A stretch of 64,000 nucleotides of DNA from Octopus vulgaris (taxonomy: Eukaryota): positions 125,302,001 to 125,366,000 of the forward strand of contig OX597817.1 in the NCBI GenBank assembly GCA_951406725.2. Direction: 5' to 3'. The notes beneath the pieces are model-generated. The model was not told the origin of the DNA, did no database searches, and saw nothing but the letters and a program-made list of their open reading frames with translations. Of the stretch, positions 54,344 through 64,000 are shown one piece after another (positions within the stretch are counted from its first letter, which is position 1; every line of letters begins with the position of its first letter). Made by a program: the position numbers and the translations under genes.

Positions 54344-54389
54344 AACACAATGTTTCGGCTGATATACCCTCCAGCCTTCATCAGGTGTC
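54344..54389 (-). ncRNA. Minimal type I hammerhead in a PLE pLTR fragment (54285-54393)
   Basis: GACAC-CUGAUGA-aGGCUG-gaggguauau-CAGCC-GAAA-CA-U-U-GUGUU; stem I GACAC/GUGUU; ACAU is probably a CpG-decayed ACGU palindrome. Confidence 0.7.
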
Positions 54390-54394
54390 TTGGT

Positions 54395-56110
54395 ATGAAA
54401 TCTGGTCAAAAGGAATGTTTATATTTGATTGCTGAATGGAGAAAATTACACTCCCAGACCCAAAACCTGTGCATCAATGGTCTCACTATCTCTCCTGTAT
54501 CACACAAAGAATGCTACATGTACCTAGGCTTTGATGAAAACAAATCATCTGAAGATAGTGTGAATAAAGATAGTGTTATGTGAGAATATTATGCCAGACT
54601 TAGAAAAATATGGCACTCAGAACTCTTCTCTTACAACAAGACAATTCTACACTGTAGAAGAGATCCACTCCATAAGAAATTGACATCAACTAGAAATCTC
54701 CACAGAAATAGTGATTTCAACTGGCTCTACCTAAGAAGTGATAAAGGAGGTAGTGGCTTGAGATCACAGCAGGCAGTCTTTGAATGTCATATAGTCTTTC
54801 TCTTGATAAATAAAAGCAGCAAAAATATATACATTAACTTAGTGTTGTAAAGTGAAGAAAACAATATACCATGACCTCTCATACAACCCCAAAACAGTTG
54901 GACTAACATGCCTCAAAGAAGAGCTGGATGTGAAATGTTCAGAATACCAAAAAAAAAAAAAAAAAAGACCATGCATGGGTATGTTTCCCAAAGACTTGAA
55001 GAAAACAGTAATAATGACTTGAAGCAAAGCGTCTCTTAGACTCATGACCACTATATGACATCCCACTTCAAAGGCTATACTCTTGCAACTCATGAACAGG
55101 AGATTGCAACTAAATACCTGATCAACAAAAGAGACAGTGAAGCTCTTGGAGCTTCAAGATACAACTGAAAATGTAGATTATGACATATTTCTGTGGAAGA
55201 CATCACACAATTGACAAGCAACAGCCCAAAAATGTCATCAAGATACTATCACCCAGTGTGACATGATGTTGCAAAAGCAATATACATTGTCATCCAGAAA
55301 AAAAAAACCGCCTTGGACTAAAAATAGAGAATTCCCTTGTTATTGAATATGTGCAAACATAAACACAGGGTATATTGGTGGAAAATTCCCATCAAAACAT
55401 CTTATTTCTTTATTGCCCACAAGGGGCTAAACATAGAGGGGACAAACAAGGACAGACAAAGGGACTAAGTCGATTACATCAACCCCAGTGCGTAACTGGT
55501 ACTTAATTTATCGACCCTGAAAGGATGAAAGGCAAAGTCGACCTCGGCGGAATTTGAACGCAGAACGTAATGGCAGACGAAATACCGCTAAGCATTTTGC
55601 CCAGCATGCTAATGATTCTGCTAGCTCACCATCTTTTCCCATCAAAACATCTATTGAGTGTAAGCACAACAAGCTGGATAGTGTTGTTTGAGACAGACAA
55701 TAAAATGTATGTAGTGCTGCAGAGGTCAGCTGTCCTGCAAGGATGTAAATGTCTCTTTGGAAATCAAAGAGAAAGAAGATAATTATAGACAACTGCTTCA
55801 AAAACTCCAGCTTTCATATCCAGGTTACAGATTTACATTTATACCAACAAAAACTGATGCACTTAGTTTTGTGAATAAATGCTTAACTGACAGTCTGGAT
55901 AAGTTTGGATTTTCAGAAAAAAAAACCCCCATCCAACTAACATGCACATTACAAATACAATCTTTAAGAGGATCAGTAAAAATATGCAAGACTTTTCCCA
56001 AGTTTAAAATTTGACATTATTTTTATGTACATTCCAATGATGAAGCTTTTGTTTTTGTTAGAAACAGTTCCTTCCTCAGAGGAAGAATTTAAATAGCTGA
56101 AAACAGAATA
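54395..56110 (+). mobile_element. Second, older R4/Dong-like RT-RLE retrotransposon relic
   Basis: CYMYLGFDEN, RLRKIWHSEL, LYLRSDKGGSGL, KTMHGY, HEQEIATKYL, HDVAKAI, KEDNYRQLL..FIP..ALSFV..GSVKICKTF; many stops and frameshifts. Confidence 0.8.
55403..55632 (-). mobile_element. SINE family C inserted into the R4-like relic
   Basis: 17 bp TSD ttcccatcaaaacatct at 55386-55402 and 55636-55652; near-identical to 12304. Confidence 0.92.
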
Positions 56111-57193
56111 GAACACACACACAAACACACATGTGCACATGTGCACATGCATGCATGCATGTGTATGTGTGTATGTGTGTGTGTGTGTAAGTGTGTGTCT
56201 GTGTGTGTAAGTGTGTGTCTGTGTGGGTGTGTTTGTGCGTGCACATGTAATGTATATGTATGACAGTTGTACCCCCATATCTCATATAGACACGGTTCAT
56301 TGACAGAAGAAACCAGTTAAGAGTAATCCACATGAGTTTGTGCATATGTGTGAGTGTGTTTTTGTGAATTTATGAGTGTACATATTCATAGGTGTAAATT
56401 TGTTTCTGCGAACTGTGTGAAATGATGTATGAGAATGCACATGTATGCTACACTCATTTCATACATTCTAATCATATTAATTGAAATGTCTATAGTTCTC
56501 TGGGGAAAATAGCTATTGTTATAGCTCTATAAAACTAAAATTCTAAATGCTTTTATAATTCATTTAATTTTCTTTTTTAAGGTAGTGAGTATGAATATGC
56601 GAAAGAAACATTTTATTAAAAGAGTTGCTTGGGAGATAAAATGACCCACAGCTATTTTACACAATTTTCCAGTAATATTAACTAATTTTCTGGAAATGTA
56701 ATATGGTTAACAATGATGTAATTTCTAATATAAACACATTTAATTGAGAGATTACATCTTACAGCTGACAGGAACTATTACAATTTGTTTCAGGTACATC
56801 TTAAAAGCTTTTGCATCAAATGTTTACAGTTCCAGTGAAGAAATGAGTTCTTATTGTTTGGTGTTGATAATACAAGAATAGATTGCATTTCTACATGAAG
56901 CATTTATAATTGCATTCAAGGCTGACCACTGGAATTTAATTTAAATTTGCAGTAACTTTGATAGAACATACTGTGATCATCCTGAAGATGATCAAAGAAA
57001 ATGTAAATAATCCTAAAATGATATAATCATGCTTAATAAATGTGCTTCAGAATGGCCTGTTTGTGACTTTTCCTTTTGCAAGATAAGGAATTGAAAAAGG
57101 TAATGTAGTTCTATATTGAAGAGATGAGGAATTATATACATTATATACATTATTTACATTTGGCAGATATTTGTCCTTATCTTGTTTGTTGTT

Positions 57194-57236
57194 AACACGT
57201 TTCGGCTGATATACCCTCCAGCCTTCATCAGGTGTC
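57194..57236 (-). ncRNA. Hammerhead core in pLTR (3 nt shorter than the 54344 copy at the cleavage site)
   Basis: GACAC-CUGAUGA-aGGCUG...CAGCC-GAAAC-GUGUU. Confidence 0.55.
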
Positions 57237-57330
57237 TTGGGGGAATTTCGAACCTGGGTTCTCATTCCTAAGGTATTTTTCGATGTTATATTTATTATTA
57301 TTATTATTATTATCATTATTATTATTCAGA

Positions 57331-57401
57331 TCACTGCCTGGAATCGAACTCGGAATCTTGGGGTTAGTAGCCCACACTTTTAACCACTACACCATATGCC
57401 C
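57331..57401 (-). promoter_or_regulatory. tRNA-like Pol III cassette (A and B boxes) inside the PLE
   Basis: GGGCATATGGTGTAGTGGTTAAAAGTGTGGGCTACTAACCCCAAGATTCCGAGTTCGATTCCAGGCAGTGA: A box TGGTGTAGTGG, anticodon-like arm GGG-CTACTAA-CCC, B box GAGTTCGATTCC. Confidence 0.75.
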
Positions 57402-57430
57402 ATGGGTAATTATGGAGTGAAATTTAGGGC

Positions 57431-57760
57431 TTATAAATCTAATATTTTAATATTTTTCCTTAATACTGGTTCCCATGTGCTATTCATATCTGCACTCGGT
57501 CTGCTTAGAAGGTTGTTGTGTCCTAGCTTATGTGCTGCTTCTTTCAGTTTTTGTATTTTCCAGTAACGTTCTCTGTCTATTATTTTAACTTCATCCCACA
57601 GGGAGAGGTTGTCTCCATTTCTCCATAAATGATCAGCTATACTCGATTTAGCAATATTTCCCCATGTCACAGCTTTGTGATGTTCCTCTGCCCTTAGTTT
57701 GAGGGGGCGGCATGTTTCGCCTTTGTATAACCTACCACAGCTGCATGGGATGGAGTACAT
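57431..57760 (-). CDS. GIY-YIG endonuclease domain of a Penelope-like element (5'-truncated)
   Basis: YSIPCSCGRLYKGETCRPLKLRAEEH..SSIADH..RKLKEA-like (QKLKEAAH). Confidence 0.85.
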   Translation of the reverse strand: MYSIPCSCGRLYKGETCRPLKLRAEEHHKAVTWGNIAKSSIADHLWRNGDNLSLWDEVKIIDRERYWKIQKLKEAAHKLGHNNLLSRPSADMNSTWEPVLRKNIKILDL

Positions 57761-57896
57761 GCAGTTTTTTGGTCATATTCTCTTCTAGTGGTCGTTTTAC
57801 CTGAAGGAGATATTTGCAAAGTGTTGTATAACTCTTGAATGCTGTCCTGATGTCATATGGGGTGCATATCTTTTGTATCTATTTGGAGTTACAAAT

Positions 57897-57943
<47 letters not shown>

Positions 57944-58001
57944 CAACAACAACATCGAAAAATACTTTAGGAATGAGAACCCAGGTTCGAAATTTCCCCA
58001 A

Positions 58002-58045
58002 GACACCTGATGAAGCCTGGAAGGTATATCAGCCGAAACATGTTA
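58002..58045 (+). ncRNA. Degenerate hammerhead core in the inverted pLTR
   Basis: GACAC-CUGAUGA-agccug...cagcc-GAAACAUGUU; stems I and II are imperfect. Confidence 0.5.
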
Positions 58046-58754
58046 TCAACAAACAAGATGAAGACATATAGCCATCAAATGTAAATAATGTAAATAATAT
58101 AAGTAATGGACATCAATAATGTTTTCCATGGACATTGCAATGAAGTGTGAAGTAGGAAATGTTTGAATTTTTTTTCTAAGGATTTTCAAACATTATTGTA
58201 ATTCTTACATTATAGAATTCTGTAACTTCTATATAAAAATCAATTCATTCAAATTTAAAGGAATGAAAAATCTTGGCAAAAAGTAACATTCAATTATTAT
58301 TTTTATAGTCAATAATGATTTTAGAGAAACAATCCCACCACAAAATTAAAACCAGATTGTATTTCTATACTGGATAGTAAACGTAGCCATCTCACTTTGA
58401 ATGCTTATAACAAACAGTATTCTGTTGTAAATAGCCTAACCAGGACTCTAATCTGGTGTTAAATCCATGATTTTAAGCAAAGCAAAAACCAATATGGAGT
58501 AATTTCCTTTTTGTTTTTTTATAAATAGTCTTGGAACACTATGAATGATCCTAGGTATTGACCTTCCAGCACTGACTAAACCAAATGAGAAAGCATGTTG
58601 GACCATTTTGCTTAGATTATTCAAATATAAATTATAACCATAATATTGTTTCCTTTTGATTGGATACAAAGATTTTACATACTAGATGAAATAGAATATG
58701 TGAACTTTCAACACTCATATCCAAAGACAGTTAACCATGTAAATGGAACCAAAT

Positions 58755-59605
58755 TATAAGATGATATCTAAAGGTTCTGGACTACTTATGTTTAATAAAA
58801 ACAATAACTTATTTAACTAAGATTTAACATCCACTCCTTTGAAATAGGCATCTTGCACAGCAATACACTGGTTCCAGTGTTCCTGCCACTTTTGGAATCC
58901 TGCCTGGAAGCTGTTTCCCATAAGTGAGTCAAGGATTTTGTGCAATTCACTCTGGATCTTGACAATGGTGTTAAAATGATGCTAAATGAGGTTAATAGGG
59001 TGGGGGCAGAAGTGATGCCATGTTGTTTTTGGCAAGAAACTCATGAGTAAGGAGAGCTTGGTGACAGGGTGCTTTGTCATCATGAAGAATCTAATTCTTC
59101 ATGCTCCACAGATTTAGTTGCTTTCTCAGGATGTTCTCCCACAAGTACTTCAAACTGTCCCAGTAGGACTCTCGATTGACAGTCAGGCCCTGGGGAATGA
59201 ATTCTCAATATCACATTTCCAGGTGTGATGCTTGTTGCAAGTCTTTCAGATTGTTCATCAACTTGCAGGGATGGTCTTCTACTTTTGAAGTGCCTGTACC
59301 ACTCTAAACATTGTGTACATCCCATTGCCTCGTCACTGTAAACTTGCTGAAGCATGCTCAGTGTCTTTATAGCAGATTTCCCAAGTTTAAAGCAAAATTT
59401 GAAGTTTGCTCTTTATTCCTGTCCATGACAAAATCACAGACTACAGCATACACATGATCACAAACACACAAATTTCATAACATGCGAAGTAAACACAGCA
59501 ATATCACTCATGACACTACCTCATGAAGGTTACTACTAAACCTCACAATACATGGAACTGTTGGGGCACTACGGAACTAGTCTAGGAACTGTTTGATACC
59601 ACCAC
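58755..59605 (-). mobile_element. Internally deleted mariner (DD34D-type) relic
   Basis: MLQQVYSDEAMGCTQCLEWYRHFKSRR.SL..DEQS.R (mariner HTH); C-terminal FQKWQEHWNQCIAVQDAYF; TIR-like ends aaaggttctggact and agtctaggaactgtttgatacc. Confidence 0.78.
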
Positions 59606-59710
59606 ATCTATTCATCTCGGTATTGAAATCGCATTGGAAACTTCAGGCCTTGTGCCTACAGAAGAAAGGATTATTATTATTAATTATTATTAATTATTAT
59701 TATTATTATT

Positions 59711-60142
59711 GAGTGAGAGAGCAGTGCATGCCATCAAAGTGACTCTGGGGTAAAACATACAAAGCCCAGTATGCCTATTATGAATACCCGTCTGATAAGG
59801 GTACACCAGGCACGTGCATCACAACCATATGTGTGAGACATGGTGATCTCATATCAAGACAAACAGCACATGACCTTGCATGTGGAGCCCAGTTAGAATT
59901 TTCTTCTGGTCAAGTAACCTATCCCGCTCTAAAGGTCCCTGAAGAAGGGTTGTTTAAGGATGTTGAATGAAACACCCATGTTTCCAGAGGTGAATTATTC
60001 AAACCCCAAAGAATCCCTCTCAACACATGGCTATGATGCTCCCCCACTACTTCTGCTCATGATCAGAGATGCACATATCGTCAGTCACTAAGGGACATTG
60101 ACAAGCAAATCTGTGGTATTGAGCAGAATATTTGCTGTAGCC

Positions 60143-60145
<3 letters not shown>
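59711..60145 (-). mobile_element. Family E, 5'-truncated with a small internal deletion
   Basis: Reverse complement of ~53630-54089; (TTA)n on both flanks. Confidence 0.85.
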
Positions 60146-60211
<66 letters not shown>

Positions 60212-60289
60212 GTTTTACTCTCATAGTGTGAAGACATCATTTTAATCAAGCATTACGAATTGAGAAATTTCCTTTTGAGCACTTGTAAA

Positions 60290-60560
60290 CGTCTTAGAGA
60301 CTCATAAACTCCTTGGACCAATCCTGCTGCTTTCTACTTACCTCATATTTTGAAATTGCATTCATATATTTGCTTTCGTGATAGCAACATCTTTCTGGGC
60401 CTCGTTTTTCAGTATAATTTTGCACTGGCTTTATCCACTGTGCTACATTATTATTTGGCATTTTTTCACAAATTTCTTCCAAAAATAGCTTGTTTTCTTC
60501 AGCATTTCGTCACTTTTCCTTCAAGAATATCAAATAAGAATTTCTGGTTTGATTGAAAAA
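60290..60560 (-). mobile_element. Possible hAT (ZMYM1-like) N-terminal relic
   Basis: PVQNYTEKRGPERCCYHESKYMNA loosely resembles NWKKA.E.F..HE.S..H..A. Confidence 0.3.
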
Positions 60561-61494
60561 TGTGATTTTGCTTTTATTGGTTGTTTCTTTGTGTTTTCTG
60601 ATTTTGTCAGATTTTGCCTTTCCTCTTTGCTTTAGTTCTTTGGTCTTTGTCCCAATTCATTTATAGACACATACATACATGTATACACACATACATAGAT
60701 ACACACATGCATACATGCATACTTGCATACACACACACACACACATACAATGGAATGTTAACAACTTGTATGAGAGTAAAGTTATTTATATTATATTTAT
60801 TGGAAGCTGGAGACTTCCAATAAATATAAAAATGGTATTTTAGGAAAAGATGTATATATAATCATAAATAAATTTGTACAGTAAAATATTCAGAATTGAT
60901 AAAAAATTTTGATTGGGGCTAAAAGAAACTGGTGGATTTCATTTACCGAAGGAACTAATTTGAAAAAAAACTTTTATAAAAGAAATTGTCAAGACAGGGT
61001 GAAGGTAATAGACATGATTATATTGACTGAAAAACAAAAGGATAATAATAACAATGCATGCTAAAAATTGTGCAAATACAGGGAAATACTATGTTAGCCA
61101 AAAAATTTATAGGAGAAAGCATGCACACTTTTAAACTATAAATAAAGCATATTAGAAATCCAAATTGAGCAAAGATAGTTAATAGGAAGATATATACATA
61201 TATATTACAGGAATGTATGTAGAAAATTTTGTGCATAGGTCATGAAAATAATGTAAGCATTTAATGATATTTTAAACCAGTTAAGCTATAAATGAAGATG
61301 AGAACCATGGAAACATGTGTAATGGAGATAAGAATATATAAACATATATTATTAAACTTGTAGAAGTCTTTCATGCAAAACATGATGAGAAGCAGCAAAT
61401 GAATGGTAGTTTATTAGTGTGCATCAGAGATAAATAGATCATGGAGTTACTAAAGTCACTAATGACTAGTCCATCCTTGGAGGTGCATTCTTCA

Positions 61495-61673
61495 TCAGGG
61501 AGGGTCTTTGTATTTAGGAACAACCATGCATCGTGCTGGCTGGTGAGAATGTAATCGACCTACCTGGCTAGCATAGTCACCTGATTGGTAGGTTATCAGG
61601 TGGTTGGCTAGCTTCCTGAAGTTGCTGTTGCAGATCAATAGGTTATTTGCATCACAGAACTCCAGTAGCCTTG
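61495..61673 (-). mobile_element. RTE apurinic-endonuclease C-terminal fragment
   Basis: RLLEFCDANNLLICNSNFRKLANHLITYQSG..SQV(D)YIL. Confidence 0.8.
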
Positions 61674-61974
61674 GGGAAATTAATTTAATTTTGTAGAAAC
61701 AATTGTCAACTATGAAATAAAAGTGATATCCCAAATTTCAATTTTCGGTTCTCGTTATTCATACTCTAGGGAAATAGAGTTTATGATTTTCTGTAAATTG
61801 AAACAAAAGTATCATAGAGAATATTTCCCTTTTGTGACTTTCAGATTGTTGCTATTCATAGAAGTGCTTCGACAATTTTTCTTATCCCAACTGAGCTACT
61901 CTCCTTCTTTTGACCTCCCCTCTCCCACTGTATATCACATATAAATATCCATGTACATATATACAAACACACAT

Positions 61975-62460
61975 TTCCGATACCAGTGTCACATAATTGA
62001 CACCTGTGCTGGTGTCACACAAAAGGCACCTTTTGAGTGTTGGGCCTCATGGAGGCCTCTGATAGCACATAAAAAGCACCTGTTGAATGTTGGGCCTCAC
62101 AGAAGCAATGTACTTGATGCCAGTGTCATATAACTGGCACCTGTGTCAGTGACACGTAAAATGCACCTTTCGAGTGTTGGGACTCACAAAAGCAATGAAA
62201 TACGATTGAGACCTTTGGCAATATGCTATGCTTGAGAAGATGACCCATCAAACTGAGTGAAATCGTAGTGATGATGGATACTGGTGTCACACAACTGGTA
62301 CCCCTGCCAGTGGTTGGCATTAGGAAGAGCATCCAGTCATTGAAATAATGCCAAATCAGACTGGAATCTGGTGCAGCCCCTCAGCTTGCCAGCCCTGGTC
62401 ACACCATCAAACCCATGCCAGCATGGACAATGGACGTTAAATGATGATGATGATGATGAT
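61975..62460 (+). mobile_element. RTE-related 3' UTR with aaaagcacc repeats and (GAT)n tail
   Basis: ggcattaggaagagcatccag...aacccatgccagcatggacaatggacgttaaatgatgatg. Confidence 0.75.
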
Positions 62461-63399
62461 GGTATGGTCAAGCTTCTTCCAGATTCCATCCATCTGCCAA
62501 ATCCTTTGACAATAAATGCAGTGGAACTGAACCCAGAACTATGTGGTTGGGAATCTTACCACACCGCCCTGCCTGCGCATCATTTATTTATCCTTAGTTC
62601 TACTCCACAAGCAATCATTTTTACCCAAGATCAACATCAGTGGATGTTTTATATTGTATCAAACTAGATTAAATCCTGGAGTACCTGCATCAGTGGAATA
62701 GGGGATAAGTGTTTGGTGCTATGTACAATTCCATGAGTAAAAACAATCCATGATTACAATAGATTGCAATGCAGTGTAGATGTAAATACCAAAAAAAAAA
62801 AAAAAAAACAAGAATTCATTTCTGAAGCTAGTTTAAAAAATATATAATTGCATTAACAACTCATCATAATTGTACAACAGTACAGTTATGGAGATTTGCT
62901 TGGTGTATAAACAAGAAAATAAATCAAGAAAAAATTCTTACAGCAATGTAAAAATAAAATGTTGCTCTTAACAGTAAAAGAGGAAAAAAAAAGCATTTAA
63001 AAGCAATTCTATACCTTGTTCTTTGAATAAAAAGAAAATAAACTCTTGTAGATTGTGTACCACTTCAGAAGATCTAAGAGAACACTAGATAATCATCAAT
63101 TACAACACTAATCAAGTTGCTCTGAAATGAAGACACAAATTAAGAAAGTCGTATTAACGATCTTATGAATATTAATTTGTAATCTAGTATATAATCGTTT
63201 AAGAAGTTAGTATAGTGAGTTGGCACAAACTGTAGCTTGTTGACCTCATGTATTTAGCTTTTTTTGCTCAATGGTCTATGTCAGATTTGACTGTGCTGTT
63301 CATTACACTAGTGTGGCAATTAAATAACTGCTCAAAAGATACTGATATCAATTATATTGACTGCTCTCTTGTCTGAAGAAACTGGCATTACACATTGGC

Positions 63400-63700
63400 T
63401 CTGAGGCTAGTAGCATAAGAAAAGGTGCATTGCTAAGTGGGTACCTATTGGTTTTCTTGAAAGTTTTGCTCAGTCATGCATTCTGTAGGAGAATTTTCCC
63501 CATACAGATACATGATCAATCCTATTTGATAGAAGCTTAAGACTCAGGTATAAACAAATTTGTATCTGTTACTCAAGGATGATTAACTCAGATGTTTCAG
63601 AAAGCTTGCAAAGGAAACTAGGACAGACTATAAGTGCCTTTTAGGCAAAGGAAATGGAGCAAAATGCATGGGGAGAAGAGAATGAGAAGAATGTTATATT
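63400..63700 (-). mobile_element. Possible decayed PLE GIY-YIG relic
   Basis: MYLYGE..ECMTEQ..GTHLAMH resembles YVGET..ERMxEH..PVAxHF. Confidence 0.35.
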
Positions 63701-64000
63701 ACTTGGTGCTACTGGCAATAAACATATATGTATCTGATAGAAACTTTATAGTGAAGACATATGCATCATAGCTTCTGGGATAGAGAAGTATTGTTCACTC
63801 TTTTCTAATAGAATCTAAAAATTTGGTTGTTGTTTTAGAAGAAAAGAAACACATTTCATTGCATTATTCCCCAATACTCAATGGGTTTTAAATTTAAGCT
63901 TTCTTCTTGCTTTTTTAGCATTACACTTTACCTTCTTAATACCAACTTACCTAATCTTGCCTGTTCACATTTAAATGAAAATCTTGAAAAGAAAGGATAT

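Larger units (their letters stand above)
57107..58098 (-). mobile_element. Penelope-like element 3' part: GIY-YIG fragment between inverted pLTRs
   Basis: pLTR at ~57107-57290 (minus) and its inverted copy at ~57951-58098 (plus); GIY-YIG ORF between them. Confidence 0.88.

Noticed and set aside
56972-57005. CTGAAGA...GAAA hammerhead-like words
   Set aside because: No stem II/III/I arrangement; just a short gatcatc/gatgatc hairpin.

Overview
AT-rich, microsatellite-laden eukaryotic DNA; the SINE families look like those of octopod cephalopods (Octopus), judged by recognition only. I cannot support any intact host protein-coding gene. Most ORFs in the track are microsatellite or SINE artefacts, and the window is a nested pile of mobile-element remains. 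The main element is a near full-length but disabled R4/Dong-clade non-LTR retrotransposon (RT plus restriction-like endonuclease, ~46.99-50.74 kb, minus strand) sitting in (TAA)n; two older R4/Dong-like relics are also present. There are several Penelope-like element (PLE) pieces carrying minimal type I hammerhead ribozyme motifs, with the best at 27405-27449. One PLE piece has the order GIY-YIG ORF, tRNA-like Pol III cassette, (AAT)n, hammerhead pLTR. Also present: RTE LINE fragments with tandem-repeat 3' UTRs, an L1/Tx1-like ORF1 relic, Helitrons (one complete non-autonomous element and one RepHel relic), pogo/Tigger, maT, mariner and hAT relics, and three tRNA-derived SINE families, one of which has three interchangeable tails. 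A decayed tRNA-Arg(ACG) is present. Four copies of a ~555 bp highly structured, non-coding, 5'-truncated element occur only inside (AAT)n tracts.
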